Shown here: positions 30,042 through 44,924 of the stretch, one piece after another
How positions within the stretch are numbered: position 1 is the first letter of the stretch
How the letters are laid out: each line of letters begins with the position of its first letter
From: Eledone cirrhosa
Lineage: Eukaryota
DNA: 64,000 nt
Assembly (NCBI GenBank): GCA_964016885.1
Contig: OZ024742.1
Location: 351,850,001 to 351,914,000 of the forward strand
Direction: 5' to 3'
Translations under genes and position numbers: made by a program
The notes under the pieces: generated by a model
Told to the model about the DNA's origin: nothing
Seen by the model: the letters and a program-made list of their open reading frames with translations, nothing else
The model's database searches: none

Positions 30042-32611
30042 CACACACACATAAAGAACGAGCCTGGCAACGTGGTGATAGAAATTACAATTAATTACTT
30101 TCTATATCATGGACGTTTTGATAAATTTCCTCAACCATACGTTGTGTTTACTTTACATGCAACCATAATTCTGTATAACATCTTGTAAAATCGAGTGAAG
30201 AAGCATATATTGTATGTAATATGATGAAATTAAATATTCATTTGTTGATGGAGGTTTACGAACTATTTAGAACATTAGAAAACAACAACATATCTTTCTT
30301 TGTTAATAACTCGAAAAACATTCCTATGAGGTAATACACAGGATTAATTCAGAGAATGATTTCGTTAAGATTAATTACTTGACATTGTGTTGATTTTAGT
30401 TCAAATTTTCTCTTAGATTCTAATATTATATCATCCTTAAATACAGAAACCAATGTGAACTGTAAACACGTGTGCTTAAATATAATCTCATCTTCATTAC
30501 TTCCGAGGTTTTAATATCGAGGAAGTCTTAATGAATTAATTTCTCAAGAACCAATGGAAAATCAATCGCGATTTATGTGGGTTATCGATTCTATGAACTA
30601 AACATAAATTACTCATATATATAATTAGTCATGTGGAACACATAATTGAACGAAGAATTAATTATATACTTTGTGTCTTATATACAGTTGTCCTGTGCAT
30701 TAGTCAGCAAGAAGACTCCAAACCTTTGGTCTTCTGCTTTGTTGCCTGACACTTTCTCTCTGTTTATAGGGTGTCTATTTCAGCTAGTCCATCCGTCTTC
30801 ATTACTTTGTTCCTCTGCCTTGTTGTCTGTCACTTTTTCTCTGTCATCAGGCTATCTATTTAAGCTAGTCAATCCGTCTTCATTAATTTAGTCTTCTCGC
30901 TGCTATTTCGAAAACCTCTCATTGGTACTTCTGTCCGTATATTGGATAGCTGCTGAAGTGTTCGCTTACCGTAGATGGGTACAGGACAACATGTGAAGTA
31001 TTGCTCTTTATCTAAAACTAATGGCGTTTAAAACATGTATATCACTATCTCCATGAATATGTATATTACCTGTGTTGTCTAATAAACAATAACAGACAGT
31101 CCAGTATTCTTTAAGATTGTCAATAAGATGAGACAGCCATGTCTCTCACTGACTCTATGTTTTCATTCTCTTCATTGATACAATAGAGTAAAGAAACGGG
31201 AATTAATCAAATGAATTAACAAAAGCGATTCTATTAAGATGTATTAGAGATTATGGCATTGCAGATGACAATGATCTCATTGTAGAGTTATGTTTAGCAT
31301 CGTATAATCAGGAGAGCAACGGGAGGCATGTCATTGCAGATGGCATTGCTCTCATCGAAGAGATATGTTTAACATCTCATGATCAGAAGAACGACAAGAA
31401 GAATATAATGCAGGCTTGGGGCGTGTAACATGTTTTAAGATCCTACACATAATGATATAGCGTTTCATTACACAAACACGACGAAACAAGTAGAGTTTAT
31501 TGATTTGGTCGAATTTATCTACTTGTTTCTTTCCCAGAAATATATAATTCGTGTACACAATTCGGAGAGCCTTATTAATATATTCTCCTAAATTTCTAGT
31601 TTTTATAGAAATACTAGACTAAAGTTTGAAGTTTAATTTATTACAGATATATTCTGACCGGGCTGTCGATAATGTACTTGCATCTAAACCCTAACAAAAC
31701 TACTTTGGATATTCATCGTAAAGTAACACATCATTTCGTACTTTTGTCATTAGATATTCCAGACCATTAAAAGGAAATACAGTAAATTGAATAGTGTTAA
31801 TGATTTCTTCCAAGTTACGTAATATTTCAACATCTATTTTAGGTTGAGTGGGTATCGAGAAAGGATCGTTTGATCGTTCATTACATATACACTACCTCAT
31901 CGTTCTCACCGAACATATTACATAAATATAATTATAACATAGTAATTATTCTGTTAAAATACTTCCATTCAGTTCTGGATAGTCCCAGAAGCGGAATAAA
32001 AATCTCAGAGTGATGGACTACAATCATGTTTTGTTTAATTATTTCCTTTTGACATTTATATTTCTTGCTTCAATCATGTGTCTATGTTTTTTCTTTCAGT
32101 TTTTATTTTGGCATTTGGTTTGTTCTCTCGGTCTGCAAGGGGATATCTGAAGTAGTTTATTTTTTAACTGTCTACATTTATACCTCATAAAGAATCATAG
32201 AGCAGAAAATATGTAACAATTATGAAAATTGTTATAGAACATGAAAAAGATCTAATAATGAATAAATGAACAATAGCGACTAATGAACGGACATGAATGT
32301 GTTCCTGCTGTACATCGTAGACATCAGAGTATATTGAAGATATAAACAGGAAATATATTGACAATTCTAGTGAATCTAATAAATTGGCCATATTAGGTAT
32401 AATATCTTCATCTCATTATATATAAGTTTTAAAACGTTTTAAAGCAAAATTTAGCCGTATAAATGATAATTGTCGATATACGATGCGTCAAACATTTAAA
32501 AAATTAAAGAAAAAATAAAGATAAAGCACCATTGTACATACTGTAATCATAATTGTTATTGTTGTTGTTTCTATTATTATTATTTGTATTAATATTATTA
32601 TTAATTTAATT

Positions 32612-33028
32612 GAGGGTGGTAGATTAGCAGTATCCGGAGAGCGTTGGGCATCGTGCTTTGTGGCATTGAGTTACAGCCAATAACGTTCTAAGTTCAAAAC
32701 ACGCCGATATTAGCTTTACTTTTCATCCTTACGGGGTCGATATTTAACGGACCAGTAATGCACGGGGGTCGACTTAATTGACTTCCCCCCTCCCTTCAAA
32801 TTGTTGGCTTGTGCCTAAAGTAGAAACAATTATTATCAGTGGATTGGTAGTATCGGTAGAGGGTCGGACGCCATGCTTTACAGCAAAGAGTTACAGACCT
32901 TTATAATCTGAGTTCAAATCCCGCCGATGTTAATGTTGCCTTTCATCCTTACGTGGTCGATAAATTAAAGTACCAGTAATACACTGGATTAATTGCTGGC
33001 CTTGTGCCAAAATTAGAAATCATTATTA
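32612..33028 (+). mobile_element. Two tandem SINE copies
   Basis: 32612-32835 (long variant with a GGGGTCGAC...TTGACTTCCCC segment) and 32839-33028. Confidence 0.88.
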
Positions 33029-33440
33029 ATGTTCTATATAATGCTCGTATTTCATCTGTTGTCTATGATATGATCTACATTTCTATTACAATAACTTCCA
33101 TGATTAGAATAACCAGCAGCAGCAGGAACTGGGATTAATAACATCAATATCAATTTTAATTTATTTGTTATATCATTGTTATAATGTATTACATTAATGA
33201 ATCTATTTTTTTCTTATTGAAATCGCTTCCTAAAACTGTATTTCTTTGGAGATACGAAATATTTATACATATTGTATAAAGCTAGGCTTGAAGCTAAATC
33301 CTATTTCTTTTATATTATAAGTTGAACCAACCTATGTAGCTTCATATACAAATGAGATTAATCACCTCATTTACACAGACGAGAAAAGTATATATTCTCA
33401 GCTGTCTTCTAGTCCAGCAGTCGCAAGCGGTTGGAGGGAC

Positions 33441-33480
33441 CGTCCTGACTAAGGCCAGTTAAGCCTGAAATGCATAGACG
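33441..33480 (+). ncRNA. Minimal hammerhead with one core substitution
   Basis: CGTC CTGACTA AGGC-loop-GCCT GAAA TGCA TA GACG; G8 is T. Lies inside a 334-bp unit bounded by a ~45-bp direct repeat. Confidence 0.65.
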
Positions 33481-33627
33481 ATTGTCCCCCATGCCTCTGC
33501 TGGATATCAGCAGAGGGCGTTAGCCCCCCCCGCCCCCCCCCGATGTTTGCATAGTTACGGCTTCCTAAAATTGTATTCTTTGGAGATACGAAATATCTAT
33601 ACATATATATATATATATATATATATA

Positions 33628-33840
33628 ACAGATTACAGTTTAAGCAAAGAGTCGCTGCTTTCACACTTAACGGATCTTCTGAAACTCCCGTTAAGGGTGA
33701 TAGCACTGGTCCTTTGCTTAAACTTTAATCTGTTATTTTAATATATATTTTCTCTATTGATATATATATGTTCATATATGTATATATTATCCTTATCGAG
33801 CACTCTTCGGATTTTAAACTTCACATTTATTATTATTACT
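33628..33840 (+). mobile_element. (TA)n-inserted hairpin element, family D
   Basis: Arms ~33628-33674 and ~33688-33733; fragments at ~27336-27382 and tail at ~8110-8200. Confidence 0.7.
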
Positions 33841-33974
33841 ATATATATATGTGAGTTGGTGTTTGTTGAAAAAAGGAGTAGGTGACACATTCACTATTTT
33901 AAAACAATAGAGTAAGGTCTTCAACATGCTTTAAGTTAAGCATACAGTGTATTACCAAATATACTATATATACA

Positions 33975-34016
<42 letters not shown>

Positions 34017-34079
34017 GTCCTAAGGCTCTGATACCATCAACACTATAAACACAGAACTGGCATATCTAAGAACTGACTA

Positions 34080-34135
34080 ACTGCCTGATGAGGTCATAGC
34101 CATTCAATGGCTATCATCGAAATATATATAGCAGT
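34080..34135 (+). ncRNA. Type I hammerhead ribozyme
   Basis: Stem I ACTGC/GCAGT; CTGATGA 34085-34091; stem II GGT.ATAGCCAT/ATGGCTAT.ATC; GAAA; palindromic stem III ATATATAT; AUA site; followed by AATAAA. The element (34015-34180) lies between (TA)n tracts. Confidence 0.85.
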
Positions 34136-34317
34136 AAATAAAGGATTATGAGTTCATGCAATTGACTTATGTTTCGTCACTATATATATATATATATATA
34201 TATAGATATAAACGGAAAAAATGAAACGACATTTCATTTCTCAGTCTTAGTACGGCTGTTACTTAAATATAAGTATGTATACGTACATACATATATGTAT
34301 ACAGACGTACAGTAGTA

Positions 34318-34423
<106 letters not shown>

Positions 34424-34427
34424 CATG

Positions 34428-34480
<53 letters not shown>

Positions 34481-34902
34481 GTATGGGTTCACCGAACATT
34501 TATTATAATGCTCGGTGTGTTTGTAAACAAACATCCCGAATTAAGACGTACAGTGTCTAGCAACCATCGTGCTCATTTGTTCAACACTGACAAAGGAACG
34601 CTGTACTAGTTTCAAGCTTATTATTATTATTATTATATGTGTGTATGTATATATACATATATATATATATATGCATACTACTGTACGTCTGTATACATAT
34701 ATGTATGTACGTATACATAATTATATTTAAGTAACAGCCGTACTAAGAGTGAGAAATGAAATTTCGTTTCATTTTTTCCGTTTATCGTTTTCGGTACCCC
34801 GGCCGATTAACTCACTCGATATGCAAATTAGGCTGCTCAGCTGTTAATATGCATGAGAAAAGTATATACTTTCATACGTTCAACCATCTGGCAGGAAGGT
34901 AT

Positions 34903-34945
34903 ACGTTGCTGACGATAGCTAATCCGCTTGAAACTAGTACAGCGT
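34903..34945 (+). ncRNA. Type I hammerhead ribozyme (minimal)
   Basis: Stem I ACGTTG/CAGCGT; CTGACGA; stem II AGC/GCT; GAAA; palindromic stem III ACTAGT; GUA site. Confidence 0.8.
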
Positions 34946-35086
34946 TTCTTTGTCAGTGTTGTACAAATGAGCAACGATGGTTGCTAGATACTGTACGGCT
35001 TGATTCAGGATGTTTGTTTACAAACACACCGAGCATTATAATAATTGTTCGGTGAATCCATACGTACATATATATGCGTGTGAATG

Positions 35087-35209
<123 letters not shown>

Positions 35210-36285
35210 AGTGAACAATGAACGGGAACAAAACAGAGAGGCAGTACGAATAAAGGTTTATTAGTTTCACGCTCTTGAGAGTGGGGGGGGGGCGCTTCGG
35301 GCATAAACCCTTCTTCAGAGAAAGAGTGAGAGAGAGAGAGATATATATATAGAGGGGTATATGGTTAGATAGACATCTTCCATGTTATATCTATGAATCA
35401 AATGAAATTCTGCGAACGCTTAAAATGTGGCCGGTATTTGATCGTATCAGACAACATCAAAGAGCGTTGGGTCAGATTCGCAGGACATTTTGCTGGACCC
35501 TAAACAATGAATAGGTAGCAGAGTACGAGCCGAGACCTATATGAAGCATCCTTGTAACGACTGAAATTTCAGTCCCTCTGACACACCGAATATAATGAAC
35601 AATAAACATTTATGGCAACACAGAATCACGGGTGTCTGCGCAAGCAGTTTGACCTATTTGTATAGATGGAGACAGGTTGGCACAGGCTGTACCACAGACT
35701 TTCCGTCATATCAAACTTTGTCTCGTTATGCAGATACTATTAAATTAGTAGCCACTTCATTGTGGAAATAAGTTAGGAGATATGTATGTATTTTCTAGTG
35801 AATTAGTAAGTATAGATATGCCGTAATTAGGGAAATCCTACAGAAACCGAATTTAATATCTTAGTTATATATATACATATAATATGTAGACAATTTCTGA
35901 GAATTTCTAACATATCCTACACACTGACAATGGTTTGTATAGAAAGATATATAACAGGGAAGGCATACTTATTAATATGGTATTATACAAACAATAGGAA
36001 GATTAATTAAGAAGAAGACAAATTATGTTCAATGCCTTACGTCTCCGCCTGTCGTCAGAACTTCCTACGAGGGCCTTACTCACGTGTGTTACAGCAGGTA
36101 CAGGACCCCCTGGTATAACCCGCACCAGATAACGGGATTTCATTAAGGACTATCTGCAGTGACTCGATGCCTCCATGTAGGATGCAGGATGGCTGGCACA
36201 TGACTACCAGCATGACTACCAGCAATGAAAGGCACTATGGGAGATGGTTGGGTCATTGTACAATGATGTCGCTTGGATAACTCAC

Positions 36286-36370
36286 CTAGGATAACCCAAG
36301 TTACCTCAAGCAAGAAAAATGTCCAATGGTCTGTCATAATCTTTCCATGGGCACTAAACGTTGGTGAAAT
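36286..36370 (-). other. Candidate first coding exon with a signal-peptide-like start
   Basis: Acceptor TTCTCTAATATTCAG, ATG at 36337, MTDHWTFFLLEVTWVIL, then a phase-1 consensus donor G|GTGAGT; same strand as the lectin/mucin relics. Confidence 0.3.
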
Positions 36371-37369
36371 CTGAATATTAGAGAAGATAACCTGAATCCA
36401 AATTCAGGAGCTATTTTATGGTTAAAAAATAAAGATCTGAGCAATTAAATATTGCTACAATATATAGATTTAGAATATGCATGTTTTATCGGACAGCAAT
36501 GTCATCTGTTATGCATCACTGAAGGATAGGCCTTTCAAGTTTAATGCGAAAATATGAACGTTCCCGGTTCCCATCGGCACTCTATCCTGTCGGTTAAATA
36601 TCACAATTTAAATTTAGTAATTCTGTGATTGGCTCGGAGAAAAGGAATAAAAAGGAAACATGTTATTCAGATATTGCGATATAAAATAATAATTCAAGAA
36701 ATCTATATAGTTATATTTGAATATATATTCCGATATAAGGAGTCAATCTTTTATTTGGAATTTCCTTTTTGTCTTGCTTTATGCTCAGCATGCGATAGTA
36801 TAAATCAATGGCATTGAGTGTTTGGAAATCATATGTATTTATTAAAGGTCTGATTTAGATATAATCCAGGCAGCCAGGGAAATATAATGCGACAGACGCA
36901 ATCTATTTTTTCGTAAAGAAGGAATGAGCTGCAATATAATATCACAAATAATATATTGTATTCCATTGCAATGGGACATTACCATTGTTTCTTGCTCATT
37001 CATTTTTTTAATAGCATCAGGTATAAAAGGGTTATTTGTTATTTAGGACAGAATATCTGAATAGGGAATGTTGTTTGCATTGATTTTATCGCCTACCATA
37101 TTTCCCAGTATGGAAATTATCGTAAAATCATAATTTATCGCAATGGCTTCTCCGGAGCATTAAATGGAAATATTATGAATTTCATGGTTAGCAATATTGT
37201 GCGTTTGTGACATTAACATGATCGATAAAGACAAATACAGGGTAATAAAGAATATTCTGTCTCAGACCTACAAACTAGAATCTCGTTCATTTCTAATATT
37301 ATTTTACGGAAAAATTAATGAAATTACGTAAGTATATATATATATGTATAAATTATATATATGTATAAG

Positions 37370-37436
<67 letters not shown>

Positions 37437-37567
37437 TTGCTATTCATCCCTACGGGGTCGATAAAATAAAGTGCCAGTAATATACTGGGTAATTGCTGGC
37501 CTTGTGCCAAAAGTAGAAACAAAGTTGTGGGCAATATTATAACAATGTGACTCTCCCCAAGTATAAT

Positions 37568-37699
<132 letters not shown>

Positions 37700-37834
37700 C
37701 TTACGGAATTTCTTCATTACTTTTTTCCGTATAATAATAAGAGAAATGAATATAGTAAGTACAGGGAGTTTTTTAAAATATATTTTAAAACTTTTTTCTC
37801 TATTTGCTAGACATTGATTTTATATATATATATA

Positions 37835-38140
37835 ATTATACTTGGGGAGAGTCACATTGTTATAATATTGCCCACAAATGTGTTTCTACTTTTGGCACAA
37901 GGCCAGCAATTACCCAGTATATTACTGGTACTTTATTTCATCGACCTCGTAGGGATGAATAGCAAATTTAAACCTCGGCGGGGTTTGAACTCAGAATGGC
38001 AAGGGCTGTAGCTCTGGCAGAAATAATAATAGAACACACTCACTCTTTGGTTTGGTTTAGTTTCGGTACCTTTTATATCTCCATGGTTCATCTATCCGGC
38101 AACCAATGTTTATTGTTGATTGATCAACGGTTAAAATTAC
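37835..38140 (-). mobile_element. MITE copy (family of 63475) carrying a SINE within its TIR
   Basis: 38018-38140 aligns to the reverse complement of 63540-63670; terminus TTATACTTGGGGAGAGTCACATTG; SINE at 37880-38012. Confidence 0.6.
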
Positions 38141-38163
38141 ACACACACACACACACACACACC

Positions 38164-38265
<102 letters not shown>

Positions 38266-38747
38266 GTCTATCAAAATTATTTCGTCTCACATCTGTGACA
38301 TCATCAGTGGTACCGTTATGTCTCCCCTCATTGTATTGTAATTCGTACACCATTTCTATTTTATTTATTTATCTATTTATTATTGTCTATGTCTCTGTCT
38401 CTGATACTACTACCACTTCTGTTAACCAACTAACAGAGAACGAAGGATGACCTCGGACAGTTACATGGAGTTTCCTCTCTAAATATGTATGTAAAAACTA
38501 ATAATTGCTCTTCCTTATTTTAATATTATTCGTATAAATATGCAACTTAACTGCACTTTGTACGTCCGCCGTTGAAAAAAGCATATAATGCTGAAACCTG
38601 TAAAACTTTAAGATGCATAAATACCCACTTTATAACTAAATGTTTCGATACTATACTTAAAAATCCCCTGCAGCAATAACTACTGAATGTTTTCCTTTCC
38701 ATCATTGGTTTATATATATATCAACTCGTATGTCACTCTTCTAAATT

Positions 38748-38831
<84 letters not shown>

Positions 38832-39233
38832 GTGTGTGTGTATATATATAGTTAAAGTTTGAAGAATAACATGGTCGGCTGTACAAAAAGTGTTTTATTT
38901 CAAGTATTAACTAGTGTTTCATTGATCAGGTAAGTCTAAAGGTCGCTTATCACTCAAAGTTGCGTCACTCGACCTTAAATACACCGTTTACCTCTGATCA
39001 AATGATCGGAATACTGAATTTTTTACATATGACATTGGTATTTATAGAGATACAACGGGGAATCAAAACAATAACATCAATAATAAATGATAATGATAAA
39101 TAGATAAAGAAGATAGAATGGGCATGCTACAGATGTAAAAAGTAAGTTAAACAAATAATAATTACAAAGTACTCACTACCTGTAACTGGATTGCCTATAA
39201 CGATAACATGTTATCCTGTATATATATATATAA

Positions 39234-41168
39234 GTTTCTTTTATTTGCCACTAGGGCATCAAAAGTGGGACAAGTACAAAGGGGGGAGTTTACACAAAAA
39301 GGCGTCCTCAATAAGGAGGAGGCAATAACAAAATATAAAAATAAAATAAGATATAACAAAAAATAAAATTTTTAACAAAATCCTCAATAGAGAGGAGGCG
39401 CCTTGGGGGGTTGCACACACCCCCGAAAAAAGTGTGCAACCCTTTTCCTCAGGAGCACAGAGAGGGGGTGCTCCCTCGTTCCTTCCTCTTTTCCACCTAC
39501 AGGCTTATGTAAAGAGAAGGCCCATTCACACGGGCCATTCTCGCCACTTTCACCCACCTTTCATAAAAACGACTGGGGTGCAGCACCTCTCTCTCCATCC
39601 TGATCCTTCTTCCGAAATGATATCGGAAGAAACGGACCAGTTGTTGGCCAGAGAGAAAGGTGCCTGACCTCAGTCCTTTCAGACGCGTCCACCATACAAC
39701 CTCTTTCGCCATGGCTATTACGCACAGAAACACCGCCTCTGCTTCATCTTTGAAGGGGGGAGGCGGCTTGATCATTACAATAGACTCGGTGGTCAACCGG
39801 ATCGGTCCCACCCTTGACAGCAGTTGTTCGACATAGCCCCACAGATCGGCTACGCCCGAGCAGTGTACCAATGCGTGTGCAACGGTTTCCTCGTCGCACA
39901 CGCATCTGGGACAGATCTTTTTGGCGGGGTCCCTACCCGGGCGCCCATGTCTGTAGAGCCTTTCTCGAACGGGTAAAGCCCCTCGGTAGCACTGCCAGGC
40001 CAGGGACTTCTGGAAGTTGTCCATAGGTCCCGGGCTGAATGTCCTACCGAACAGGCTGGCCAGATCGTCCTCCTCCATGTCTAGGGCTTCTCCGAGGGCG
40101 TCGTCGCACCTGCTGCGTACCAGCCCTCTATAGAATGTAGCGGTGGAGTCTCCACTGATAACCGGATCCGCCTGCCAGAGGGCGGTGAGCGCCTGGGCAC
40201 ACTCAGTGTGCCAGGCGCCCAGTTTTCTCGGTCTTTGCTTGACCCAGGATTGCAGTTCGGTGAGTGAGACGAGTCTGGGAAAGGTTCGTCTCACAAACGA
40301 GGCCCACACCGGTTGTCCGGTGAGGAATACGTAGAGGTGCCGTAGCCTTAATGCGTGTTTACGCATCATTAGCCACGGCATCCCCAGCCCTCCTTTCGAA
40401 GGGTGTTGACAGCAGATGGATCTCCTCACCATAGGAGCCCGCCCCTTCCAAAGGAATTGGAAGAGCGCGCGCTCCATCTTGGTGAGGGTTTCCCTTGGGC
40501 AGGGCACTACGGTCAGGCGGTAGTAGATGACGGACGCTATATAAGTGTTCGCCACCTCCGCCCGACCTTTCAGGGATAGTTTGCAACTGGCCCACTTCTG
40601 GGTCAGTGCAAACACCCTGTTCGTAACCTCCGCCCAGTTTTTCTCCACCTGGAGGTCCGGTCCGAACCAGACCCCGAGCAACTTCACCGGGCCCTCCGTC
40701 CAGCGTCCGACGACGCCATCGGAGGGCATCGGTCTGCCCCTCCACGTGCCGAGTTGCAAACCGATCGACTTGTCCCGGTTCAGCTTAGCCCCTGTGAACA
40801 TTTCGTACTCCTCCAGTAAGGTGCCGACCGCCTCGATTTCGGAGGCCGTCGACACAATTACTGTCACATCATCGGCGTAGGCTGACACCGCTTTCCGCAA
40901 TCCCGGTTCCAAAGGGATGCCCTGCAACAACTCCAACTTCCGCAGTAGTGGCTCGAGAGTCAACACATACAGAAGGGAGGAGAGAGGGCACCCTTGTCGG
41001 ATGGACCGCGCGATTTTGAACGGCTCCGAGATGTAGCCGTTCACCTTGACCCTAGAGCAGATGCGGCTGCTGTGCATAGCAGTGATCCAGCCCCTGAAAA
41101 CGGGTCCGAAGCCTGCCGCCGCTAGCACCGCAGCCAGGTAACCATGGTCGACCCTATCGAACGCCTTG
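39234..41168 (-). mobile_element. L1/Tx1-type LINE insertion flanked by (TA)n on both sides
   Basis: ORF2 fragment plus a ~260-nt 3' UTR ending ...AATAAAAGAAACT directly into (TA)n; the 5' truncation also abuts (TA)n; GC-rich relative to the flanks. Confidence 0.88.
39497..41167 (-). CDS. 5'-truncated ORF2 (RT + C-terminal zinc finger) of an L1/Tx1-type non-LTR retrotransposon
   Basis: Uninterrupted frame of about 556 aa. RT motifs KAFDRVDH, IRQGCPLS, AYADDVTV, KLLGVWF; C-terminal CPRC...ETVAHALVHC. The first ~60 aa of the listed 616-aa ORF are read-through of a (TA)n tract and a MITE. Confidence 0.93.
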   Translation of the reverse strand, partial: KAFDRVDHGYLAAVLAAAGFGPVFRGWITAMHSSRICSRVKVNGYISEPFKIARSIRQGCPLSSLLYVLTLEPLLRKLELLQGIPLEPGLRKAVSAYADDVTVIVSTASEIEAVGTLLEEYEMFTGAKLNRDKSIGLQLGTWRGRPMPSDGVVGRWTEGPVKLLGVWFGPDLQVEKNWAEVTNRVFALTQKWASCKLSLKGRAEVANTYIASVIYYRLTVVPCPRETLTKMERALFQFLWKGRAPMVRRSICCQHPSKGGLGMPWLMMRKHALRLRHLYVFLTGQPVWASFVRRTFPRLVSLTELQSWVKQRPRKLGAWHTECAQALTALWQADPVISGDSTATFYRGLVRSRCDDALGEALDMEEDDLASLFGRTFSPGPMDNFQKSLAWQCYRGALPVRERLYRHGRPGRDPAKKICPRCVCDEETVAHALVHCSGVADLWGYVEQLLSRVGPIRLTTESIVMIKPPPPFKDEAEAVFLCVIAMAKEVVWWTRLKGLRSGTFLSGQQLVRFFRYHFGRRIRMEREVLHPSRFYERWVKVARMARVNGPSLYISL

Positions 41169-41193
41169 TATATATATATATATATATATATAT

Positions 41194-41346
41194 TGTTATG
41201 CTTTGGGAGTGTCAAGTTGCCAATAAGAAAGACACGCACCAATTTATTATAAATTAAATCTATAAATTTAATTGATAATAAAATGGAATGAAAGCAACTG
41301 GTGCATGTGTTTCTTATCGGAAACATGACCCTCGCAAACCATAACA
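41194..41346. mobile_element. MITE with ~48-bp imperfect terminal inverted repeats, TG...CA ends, ATAT flanks
   Basis: Left TGTTATGCTTTGGGAGTGTCAAGTTGCCAATAAGAAAGACACGCACCA versus right (reverse complement) TGTTATGGTTTGCGAGGGTCATGTTTCCGATAAGAAACACATGCACCA; ATAT on both sides. Confidence 0.75.
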
Positions 41347-41404
41347 ATATCGGTTTCTACACACGTTTTCAGATAAAGAATCTTGCTAAACAAAGTCAGA
41401 AACG

Positions 41405-41437
<33 letters not shown>

Positions 41438-41626
41438 AAAGAAAAAAATGTGTTTTCTATTTCGCGGCACCGCGTAAAGTTTGTAGATTGGTGGCTAGTC
41501 GATGGACAGAATTGTATCAGATTGCAGTTGCTAATTACTTGATGGTGTCGGCTGTCACAAACCGTCATATCCGGCATCGGCTGGCGTTTGGATTATGTCG
41601 TTCGATTGGTTATTGATTAGGCGATA

Positions 41627-41737
41627 CCCGCTGATGAAGCCACATTTGCCGATTGTGCATTGTTGCATAATGTATACAGACAGAGGGTAGAGTGCACCCT
41701 ACTGCTGCATTAAGTGTGGTCGAAACTCGAGTCTGGG
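41627..41737 (+). ncRNA. Type I hammerhead ribozyme with an extended stem II
   Basis: Stem I CCCG/TGGG; CTGATGA 41631-41637; stem II GCCACATT/AGTGTGGT; GAAA 41722-41725; palindromic ACTCGAGT; GUC site. The element lies between (TA)n tracts (~41437-41888). Confidence 0.78.
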
Positions 41738-41887
41738 AACTATTATAGTCACCCGTTTTACGTGTATTGTATTGAAGCGAATAACTAATTGTATACTCTG
41801 GGAATGTATTCTACATTACCTATTGAGTACTCTGGGTGACAAATGGTCCTTGCATTGATAAATATGCTGGGTCCGTCAACTCATTAT

Positions 41888-41918
<31 letters not shown>

Positions 41919-42787
41919 TGAAACTGAACAAACTGGAAGACATCTTACAAGGCTTGGATGCTCGCAGACGCATGCGCAACACTACTGGAAATATTTGGCT
42001 AAAGAAATAACTGTTGACTGTGTTTGAACATCTGTCAATGTTTTTTTCGTTTCAGTCAAACGTAACTACACTCTACACCCGACAGTTACTCCTGCTTCTG
42101 ACATTATATACACTTACCCTCCTGTATTTAATTACATTGCCACGTATGTGTACCTCTATTTCCGTCTATATATACATATATGTTCATACTACCATCATTT
42201 ATGTTTTCATATACACTATTATCGCATCTATCTATAAACCAATACATGTATCTCTGTACGTAAGTGCACATTTTCGATATAACTTAAACGAACGAATAAC
42301 AATATGTTCTTCCATGTGTTATAATCAAATTTGCTTTAAAAGATCAGATTTTTTCTATCGCATTTCTTGTCTGTAAAACATATTCTATTTATTTGTATTC
42401 TATATTTGATGAATAAAAATGAAATTTTGCTTTGTTTTCATATTGAAGCTTAGAATATTACAATGCTTTGTTAGTTTTAATCTCGTGACCGATATACTGA
42501 TTTTATTTATATTGAAATACTTTATTTATTTTGTATCGATATATTTAATGCAACACTGAGTGCATCTTTGTTAATTAAAAAAAAATATATATACATTTAA
42601 ATAACGATCTGAATCAAAAGGTATATTTCAATAAAATCATCTGAATTTAAACGTGAGATAAGTGAAATCGGTTCATGATGGTCATTATATAAATACATTT
42701 TAACTATAATAAATAATTATATCTCTGGGCAGATATATTTTTCCATCTAATTCATTATATATCTATCTAATTAGTTTACAAACACGC

Positions 42788-44479
<1,692 letters not shown>

Positions 44480-44875
44480 AGATAATGTATTCCTTCCATG
44501 TGTGCACTTTTTTGTTATTTTCGTTATTCATGCTTACCTTTTACACACACACATTCACACACACATAAGCACACACACACACACACACATACACACATAC
44601 ACACACACACACACATATATATATTTATCATACGGTTGTATAAATTAGTACTACCCCCCCTTTCTCTTTCTGTGTATATATGTTTAGATATATAAAACAT
44701 TATATTTCAAGATATTGTATATGAAACAATGGAAATCTTCCTGAAGAGGTCACATGCGTGGTATATCCTTTCTGAGCCACGATATTACACATCGAACTTC
44801 CAGTTCTTCCCCTTAATGATGCACGCACTGACAAATATTAATATAAATCGTGCTCCCCCTCTCGCCCTCTCTCCC

Positions 44876-44924
<49 letters not shown>

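Noticed and set aside
39403-40880. Overlapping ORFs within the L1/Tx1 element
   Set aside because: Antisense or alternative-frame shadows of the GC-rich RT frame.
41168-41347. N-terminal 60 aa of the 616-aa ORF as part of the protein
   Set aside because: Chance read-through of a MITE and a (TA)n tract upstream of the 5'-truncated LINE.
44740-44800. CTGAAGA plus a hairpin as a hammerhead
   Set aside because: No GAAA, stem III or stem I partner. Isolated CTGANGA hits at ~3168, 17819, 29074, 30844 and 61444 were rejected likewise.
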